From: Bugula neritina
Lineage: Eukaryota; Animalia; Bryozoa
Direction: 5' to 3'
Assembly: GCA_964035545.1 (NCBI GenBank)
Contig: OZ037767.1
Location: 31,698,628 to 31,762,627, forward strand
Length of the DNA stretch: 64,000 bases
Part shown: positions 55,801 through 64,000 of the stretch, one piece after another
How positions within the stretch are numbered: position 1 is the stretch's first letter
Layout of the letters: every line of letters starts with the position of its first letter
Position numbers and translations under genes: made by a program
The notes under the pieces: model-generated
The model's database searches: none
What the model was told of the DNA's origin: nothing
What the model saw: the letters and a program-made list of their open reading frames with translations, nothing else

Positions 55801-58800
55801 TCCACTAGAGAGCTCACAGATTGACCTAATTTAGTCAACGAGTCCAACAAATATTTCTTATCACTTCCTGTCATCATTTCTTCTGTTAAACTGAAACATA
55901 CAAGGTAGAGGTCAGTGTTATTGTAGAGGTTTGTGGTGCTGCAAAGAGGGTATTGATGCTGTAAAGAGACTAGTACTGCTGTAGAGGAGTAAGTGATGCT
56001 GTAAAGACATAGTCTGACACAGTAACTTACTTCTCAGTGATCTGCACCAGATGAGCACACTGGGAGAGAACCGACTCTTCTTCCTACAGAAACAGAAGAA
56101 ATATAAGTTGTTTACAAGACCATGATGTCTACACTATATACATGATGTCTACACTATATACATTATACATGATGTCTACACTATATACATGATGTCTACA
56201 CTATCTACATGATGTCTACACTATATACATGATGTCTACACTATCTACATGATGTCTATACTATATACATGATCTCTACACTATCTACATGATGTCTACA
56301 CTATTTACATGATGTCTATACTATATACATGATGTCTATACTATATACATGATGTCTACACTATATACATGATGTCTATACTATCTACATGATGTCTATA
56401 CTATATACATGATGTCTACACTATATACATGATGTCTACACTATATACATGATGTCTACACTATATACATGATGTCTACACTATCTACATGATGTCTACA
56501 CTATATACATGATGTCTACACTATCTACATGATGTCTACACTATATACATGATGTCTACACTATATACATGATGTCTACACTATATACATGATGTCTACA
56601 CTATATACATGATGTCTACACTATATACATGATGTCTATACTATCTACATGATGTCTACACTATCTACATGATGTCTACACTATCTACATGATGTCTACA
56701 CTATATACATGATGTCTATACTATCTACATGATGTCTACACTATCTACATGATGTCTACACTATCTACATGATGTCTACACTATCTACATGATGTCTACA
56801 CTATCTACATGATGTCTATACTATCTACATGATGTCTACACTATATACATGATGTCTACACTATATACATGATGTCTACACTATATACATGATGTCTACA
56901 CTATATACATGATGTCTACACTATCTACATGATGTCTACACTATATACATGATGTCTACACTATCTACATGATGTCTATATTATCTACATGATGTCTATA
57001 CTATCTACATGATGTCTATACTACCTACATGATGTCTACACTATATACATTATGTCTACACTATATACATGATGTCTATATTATCTACATGATGTCTACA
57101 CTATATACATGATGTCTACACTATCTACATGATGTCTACACTATATACATGATGTCTACACTATATACATGATGTCTACACTATATACATGATGTCTACA
57201 CTATATACATGATGTCTATACTATATACATGATGTCTACACTACCTACATGATGTCTACACTATATACATGATGTCTATACTATATACATGATGTCTATA
57301 TTATCTACATGATGTCTATACTACCTACATGATGTCTACACTATATACATGATGTCTACACTATATACATGATGTCTACACTATCTACATGATGTCTACA
57401 CTATATACATGATGTCTACACTATCTACATGATGTCTACACTATATACATGATGTCTATACTATATACATGATGTCTACACTATATACATGATGTCTACA
57501 CTATATACATGATGTCTACACTATATACATGATGTCTACACTATATACATGATGTCTATATTATCTACATGATGTCTATACTATCTACATGATGTCTATA
57601 CTACCTACATGATGTCTACACTATATACATGATGTCTACACTATATACATGATGTCTACACTATCTACATGATGTCTACACTATCTACATGATGTCTACA
57701 CTATATACATGATGTCTACACTATCTACATGATGTCTACACTATATACATGATGTCTATACTATATACATGATGTCTATATTATCTACATGATGTCTACA
57801 CTATATACATGATGTCTACACTATATACATGATGTCTACACTATATACATGATGTCTATACTATCTACATGATGTCTATACTATATACATGATGTCTACA
57901 CTATCTACATGATGTCTACACTATATACATGATGTCTACACTATATACATGATGTCTACACTATATACATGATGTCTACACTATCTACATGATGTCTATA
58001 CTATATACATGATGTCTACACTATCTACATGATGTCTACACTATATACATGATGTCTATACTATCTACATGATGTCTATACTATCTACATGATGTCTACA
58101 CTATATACATGATGTCTACACTATATACATGATGTCTATACTATCTACATGATGTCTACACTATCTACATGATGTCTATACTATATACATGATGTCTATA
58201 TTATCTACATGATGTCTACACTATATACATGATGTCTACACTATATACATGATGTCTATACTATATACATGATGTCTACACTATCTACATGATGTCTACA
58301 TAACAAGGCAGCACCAAATCTCTAAGGACTATTCATGTCATTTCCTTCAACTAATCTGCTCTTCCTTCCTTTTCATACGAGATATTATCTGGTGTTAGTG
58401 CATCAGCATTACTAATAATATATACATCACAGTGTATAGTGTACATACGTACAGTGTACATACATATAGTGTACATACATACAGTGTACATACAGTGTAC
58501 GTACTTACAGTGTACATACAGTGTGCGTACTTACAGTGTAAACCTTCATTGGTGGGTCGGGGATCTGAGAATTGATCTCATGTAGCAGATTTCTAAGATG
58601 ATGTGTCAACCAGAGGCCTGAGGACTTCATGTGTTTCCATCTTGACTTCTCCAGCTTCCTGTGTGATATATATGTTGTAATATATGTGCTGTAATATATA
58701 TGTTGTAATATATGTGCTGTAATATGTAATATATGTGTCATAATATGTAACATAATATTTTATACAGTGTAATATATGTGTTGTAATATAATGTTATACC

Positions 58801-59608
58801 TGAGCATTTTACTAAGTTCATTGTTAGCCACCTGAGCCCTGTTCCGTATAGTATCTATTCCATCTGCAACATGATTATATAATTATATATTATATAACTA
58901 TAGTGTATTATACTATGTTATATTATGTTATTTTATACTAAATTGTTTTTATAGTCAAAATTTTACTGGTTTTAGTGTAGATTAGGATGTTAGTATATAC
59001 TAGTCACTAGTTAGTAGTACTTACTAGTTACTGGATAGTAGTAGTTACTAGTTACTGGATAGTAGTAGTTACTAGTTATTAGTTACCTTTAAGTTTTTTA
59101 GTATAAAGAACTTTGCTGTCAATAGAAAGACTCTCCTTAGCCACAGATTTGCCTTGTAAGATGGACATACACTCAGACTCTGTGGTTAGCCTCAGATCTT
59201 GTAACCACTTGACCACCGGAGCGCCTTCGGAGATCTGCATCCTGGACGTGAGCAGACCAAATATATCTCAACTTAAGTTAGGGGCTAAACAGACCAGGTA
59301 ACGACTTAATGCATTTCCAATCAATTAGCAAAAGACAAGAAATGTAGAAAATAAAATACCCACTAATTCAAATCTGGCAGCAACCAGCAACTTATTTATG
59401 TTGGTGAGAAACGGTTTACATGTCCATATATCAACACTCTAACAGTGTGCAGTACTCTGACACTCTAACAGTGTGCAGTACTCCGACACTCTAACAGTGT
59501 GCAGTACTCCGGCACTCTAACAGTGTGCAGTACTCAGCTATAGTAATAAGTAACACAAACTACTTATAATAAAGTGAGATTAGCCTACCTTGATGATTCC
59601 ACATCCAT
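52864..59608 (-). CDS. INSC: Protein inscuteable homolog (spindle-orientation adaptor), ~518 aa, 11 coding exons
   Basis: Exons in transcript order: 59589-59608, 59087-59241, 58800-58863, 58535-58658, 56031-56083, 55659-55890, 55356-55481, 54677-54848, 54161-54336, 53091-53393, 52864-52995. N-terminal LGN/Pins-binding-type motif VVKWLQDLRLTTESECMSILQGK; ARM-like core (RSEAAGVVAQITSP, EVFLLGAAAIANITF, ACERVHQKSAIALTRL, SDVVLVASLAALRKL); C-terminal PDZ-binding ESFV*. The first exon is tentative. Confidence 0.9.
53415..54130. repeat. Intronic minisatellite, 22-bp unit ctactatacgactaccacaca(c/g)
   Basis: Tandem array. Confidence 0.96.
54370..54645. repeat. Intronic minisatellite acactgtacacagtagtagtagtatat
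   Basis: Tandem array. Confidence 0.92.
54858..55320. repeat. Intronic 15-bp repeat tagtatagtaatata
   Basis: Tandem array. Confidence 0.96.
55545..55672. repeat. 21-bp in-frame copies of the INSC exon end and donor
   Basis: Six gtaagt donors at 21-bp spacing. Confidence 0.93.
56121..58300. repeat. Intronic minisatellite, 20-bp unit gatgtctacactatatacat, ~2.2 kb
   Basis: More than 100 copies; the largest array in the window. Confidence 0.98.
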
Positions 59609-59682
59609 GCTGCCAATTGTTCAGCTAAACTAACTCAAGCATAATGTGACAGCAACATGAATTCAACTCATCACACAACTGG

Positions 59683-59828
59683 TGATACTACTCAACTGCT
59701 GATACTACTCAACTGCTGATACTACTCAACTGACGATACTACACAACTGACGTTACTACTCAACTGCTGATACTACTCAACTGCTGATACTACTCAACTG
59801 CTGATACTACTCAACTGGCGAGACTACT
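59683..59828. repeat. 17-bp repeat tgatactactcaactgc
   Basis: Tandem array. Confidence 0.9.
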
Positions 59829-60018
59829 CTGTCTGAAATGCGAACTGTTGTCTGTTGCGTATGTTTATGTTGGACTAATCGATTCTACTGGCAGAGTTTT
59901 AGTATTAGTTACACTGGTGACCTCTCCCCCCATACTAATTAGTCACAATGGTCTTATTCACATCCCATCAATAGGTAAAGATAATTACACCTTTGTCATG
60001 AGTTTATTGTCAGCTCTC

Positions 60019-60117
60019 ATTCTATACCCACCCCAGTGTCTGCGTGCACTGAGAAATCACCACATCTAATAGCTGTGGCGACTCTCTATACAGCCGACAT
60101 TGGGGTGGGTATAGAAT
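60019..60117. repeat. Inverted repeat with 25-bp arms (possible small MITE remnant or hairpin)
   Basis: attctatacccaccccagtgtctgc (60019-60043) matches the reverse complement of 60093-60117 (attctatacccaccccaatgtcggc) at 23/25. Confidence 0.75.
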
Positions 60118-60597
60118 CAGTTCCTCTAGTGTAGTACAGCCTGAGGGTCATGTTATCAAACTGAGGCTTGGTTTATCACTTGTGAGCTCCACCAAAGTTG
60201 TGTATGGGAAGGAAAAGCTTGTTAGTAATAGTAGTACTCCAATACAGTGTGCTATGGCATTGACTTAGCTATTCACCAGCCAACTCACTCACTACCTAGT
60301 TATCTCACTCACTCACTCACTCACTAGCTGACTCATTCACTATCTGACTTACTCACTCACTATCTGACTCACTCACTCGCTATCTGACTCACTCGCTATC
60401 TGACTCACTCACTAGTTCACTCACTGCTAGTTGACTCACTCACTAGTGACTGGAGCTGAACCTACAGTTAGAGTATTGTACGAGCTACTGGCAACTAGAA
60501 ATCTGACCCTCCACAGCACATAGGAGAATAATGCGTTAATAAGCTGATCAGTTAGTATGGGGAAAGTTCCTAATCTCTAGGCAAATGCAGGACTTAC

Positions 60598-60700
60598 TTT
60601 TGAACGGAGCCACTGAGCCATTGGTACAATGCAGAGTTGGACTGTGACTGGTGTGTGGTCATCGCACTGGGTTTGTGAGGATTCTCATCACTGTAGGACC
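60598..60700 (-). CDS. INSC: Candidate alternative upstream exon of inscuteable
   Basis: Bounded by ctacag| and |gtaagt. Open frame SYSDENPHKPSAMTTHQSQSNSALYQWLSGSVQ ends in phase 2, matching the acceptor at 59241. Confidence 0.5.
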
Positions 60701-60711
60701 CTGTAGAGTAC

Positions 60712-60948
60712 ATTATAGTATCCAGTGTATAGTATTATAGTATTCAGTGTATAGTATTATAGTATTCAGTGTATAGTATTACAGTATTCAGTGTATAGTA
60801 TTGCAGTATTCAGTGTAGAGTATTATAGTATTCAGTGTATAGTATTATAGTATCCAGTGTATAGTATTATAGTATTCAGTGTATAGTATTACAATATTCA
60901 GTGTATAGTATTACAATATTCAGTGTATAGTACTACAATATCCAGTAT
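60712..60948. repeat. 22-bp repeat tatagtattcagtgtatagtat
   Basis: Tandem array. Confidence 0.93.
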
Positions 60949-61131
60949 AAATAATACGCAATATGCAGACAGTGGTGAGTGAAGACATGCCATGGCATAT
61001 TAATGAGTGAATTGAATATAATTTATTATACTGAAGACCTGCCAACTACATAATTGATGGGATTAAAGAGATTGGAGGAATTCAAGCCATGTGAAGGTGA
61101 CTTGAACATGGCCATAATATATACACCAGAC

Positions 61132-61862
61132 ATGTGATATACTAGTATAACTATACTGTGATATACTAGTATAACTATACTGTGATATACTAGTATAACT
61201 ATACTGTGATATACTAGTATAACTATACTGTGATATACTAGTATAACTATACTGTGATATACTAGTATAACTATACTGTGATATACTAGTATAACTATAC
61301 TGTGATATACTAGTATAACTATACTGTATACTAGTATAACTATACTGTGATATACTAGTATAACTATACTGTGATATACTAGTATAACTATACTGTATAC
61401 TAGTATAACTATACTGTGATATACTAGTATAACTATACTGTGATATACTAGTATAACTATACTGTATACTAGTATAACTATACTGTGATATACTAGTATA
61501 ACTATACTGTGATATACTAGTATAACTATACTGTATACTAGTATAACTATACTGTGATATACTAGTATAACTATACTGTGATATACTATTATAACTATAC
61601 TGTGATATACTAGTATAACTATACTGTATACTAGTATAACTATACTGTGATATACTAGTATAACTATACTGTGATATACTAGTATAACTATACTGTGATA
61701 TACTAGTATAACTATACTGCGATATACTAGTATAACTATACTGCGATACACTAGTATAACTATACTGTGATATACTAGTATAACTATACTGCGATACACT
61801 AGTATAACTATACTGTGATATACTAGTATAACTATACTGTGATATACTAGTATAACTATACT
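61132..61862. repeat. 21/24-bp minisatellite gtgatatactagtataactatact
   Basis: Tandem array with palindromic core tatactagtata. Confidence 0.96.
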
Positions 61863-64000
61863 GCTGTACACTGCTACCACATGAATGCTGCCTGATGAAT
61901 GCTGATACTGGAGATTGTAAACGAAGCCTGTCAAAGCACGTAATGTAATATTTTTTGTCAACAAATGACAGCTAATGTTTGTTTTAAGAGTTGGAGTAAT
62001 GGTAGCCAGGGGTGGTCATCAAACTACTATAAAATACAATTAAACTTCTATAAAATGCAATCAGCATCAAATGAAAGAGGACCGAATAGACATAAACCAC
62101 CTGTCATTAGCTTTCAAAACTGACATCATATGGTGACATGTTTTCACTTTGAAATACCCTAAAAAGTCTTGATTCAAACAAGATTGAGTACCTACAGTGT
62201 TGCTTCATTTCTTATGCTGAATTTATGTAGTTTATTTGGCTGCTGCTTGCATGTCTCTTATTTTGAAAACTACAGACCAGTGTTCTACCACACGAAGCAC
62301 ATTGCCAATGGGGGGGGGGGGGGTGAAACTCTGTGACCCAGTGTATTTTTCAATGGCTTTACTGTCTTTTTATTAATTGTTTCATTTTGAAGTCACATAT
62401 GCTATTCTCAATAATGCATAACCATAATTAAATGGTAAAACCGAAACTGAAAAGTTAGTAAAATTTGTGAAACTACTGCAAAAATATTTTGCAGCGATCT
62501 TTCAGTATTTGGACCGCAGTGCCAAGTTTGGAGTGACCCTAGCTTTAGATATTAGCACCTCCTAAATCATAAAACTTGTACACAGACAAGCAACCCCCAT
62601 GTAGAAACTAGACTAGAAATGGGGCTAACCTTAGCATGCCATAGAATATTTCCACTTTGATAATGATGCCTGTCTAGCAACAGCTCTTTCATAAGCTGGT
62701 TTATTGAATAATGTTCAGTTGTGACACACCTATGAAAAACCTGCCCTTACCTGCCAAGCAAACTTTAGCAGCTGTAGTCTAGTGCCATATGACAATGAAC
62801 ACCTTTTGGTAAAAATTAGGTTGAAAGAACAAATAGTTTGCTTCAATAGAAGAAAATTTCTAATAACATTGACATACGACTGTTAGACAACAAATTTGCT
62901 CCTGATTTTAAAATGGTTTTACAGAGCAATTTTAACTTGAATTGAATTGTTAAAAAAGTAACATAACTAACATTTTCATACTCCATCTTAACTTGGTCTA
63001 ACCTCCAACAGAGTTAGACTTGTTTTAAATGCGCTCAATAGTCATAACTACCGAGTTTCAACGATGATACTCACATTTTATTGCTATACTCAGTTTCACT
63101 ATGACAATTATAGTCATAATGAAAGTCAAAGTGAATATGAAAGTCACAATGAGCAAGTGAAACTCAGATAATGATATGGATATAAACCAACTAAATATAA
63201 TTTTAACATTACCATAAATACCAGCAACAGTGATCAAAGTAAAATCTTTTACTTTAAAAGTGGACCTACATTACAAACAGTGATATTCAATTTCATATTA
63301 CTAGTACTAGCAGTAATAGTACTAGCAGTAATAGTACTAGCAGTAGCAGTATAATACATTACTAGTATATTTATAATTGAATTATATTACTATATAACTC
63401 AACATTATAATTATTAGAGTTACATTTACACCAAACATTGTGTAAACTCTTACTATAACTTATAGACATATTTATAGTATAAGTATATAGTATAAGTCTT
63501 AGTAATAGTTAGCAAGGGCATTTCTGATTTTACATTCACTATTGAACTTGAACTCACCACTAATTGTAAAAGCTGTGGTCATATTCATATTGAATGTCAA
63601 TGTGGTACTGGTAGCTGTTGTAGTCCGGCAATGGGTTGTAATCTAAGTCTTACGGCTAGTGTTACGATTTGTGTTTAAATAGTTATAACTAATACACACT
63701 CTCAAAACAAATGTGAAATAAAAAAATAAAAATTAATAGGAGTAGTCAGCTACTCAGTAGTAGTAGTATAAGTACGGAGTACGACTGGCTCCGGCTCTCA
63801 ACTTGAACTTCTGACTTGTAGAGCTTATATCCTATACAACGACCTTGGTAGTAATTGCTTTTAAATAGTGCGATGTTGGCAGTTGCAAGCATTAGTCTTG
63901 GTAAGCAATGTAATCAGTAGACAGTGAGTAGACAGCTAGTAGCTGTGTACGACAAAGTCAAACTGAAACCTCAATTGATAGAAGCAAACGCTTTCTTTTT

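Noticed and set aside
1-61862. Introner or transposon origin of the introns
   Set aside because: The introns share no common sequence, terminal inverted repeats or TSDs; the content is locally derived.
62007-62540. Possible hAT-type MITE (caggggtggtcatcaaact ... agtttggagtgaccctag)
   Set aside because: The termini match only loosely and there is no 8-bp target-site duplication.

Overview
AT-rich, intron-dense animal (invertebrate-type) genomic DNA, not prokaryotic. Four spliced protein-coding genes were reconstructed by hand with GT-AG introns and consistent phases. (1) An axonemal outer-arm beta-type dynein heavy chain (DNAH9/11/17 family), minus strand, ATG at 32460, 53 exons (~3980 codons) in the window, continuing past position 1. 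(2) An unannotated ~209-aa protein of five PR(I/V)KPEA...RG(S/T) repeats, minus strand, 33288-34591, just upstream of the dynein. (3) MAP3K4/MEKK4, plus strand, 36777-51841, 31 coding exons, ~1577 aa. (4) inscuteable (INSC), minus strand, 52864-59608, with a candidate alternative upstream exon at 60598-60700. Most introns carry their own minisatellite (units of 9-66 bp). In many cases the unit is a copy of that intron's own splice junction, or of the stop-codon region, giving arrays of decoy splice sites. Two dynein intronic arrays are also arrays of RFX X-box-like motifs. The long low-complexity ORFs in the ORF track are translations of these repeats. All coordinates were read manually and may be off by a few bases.
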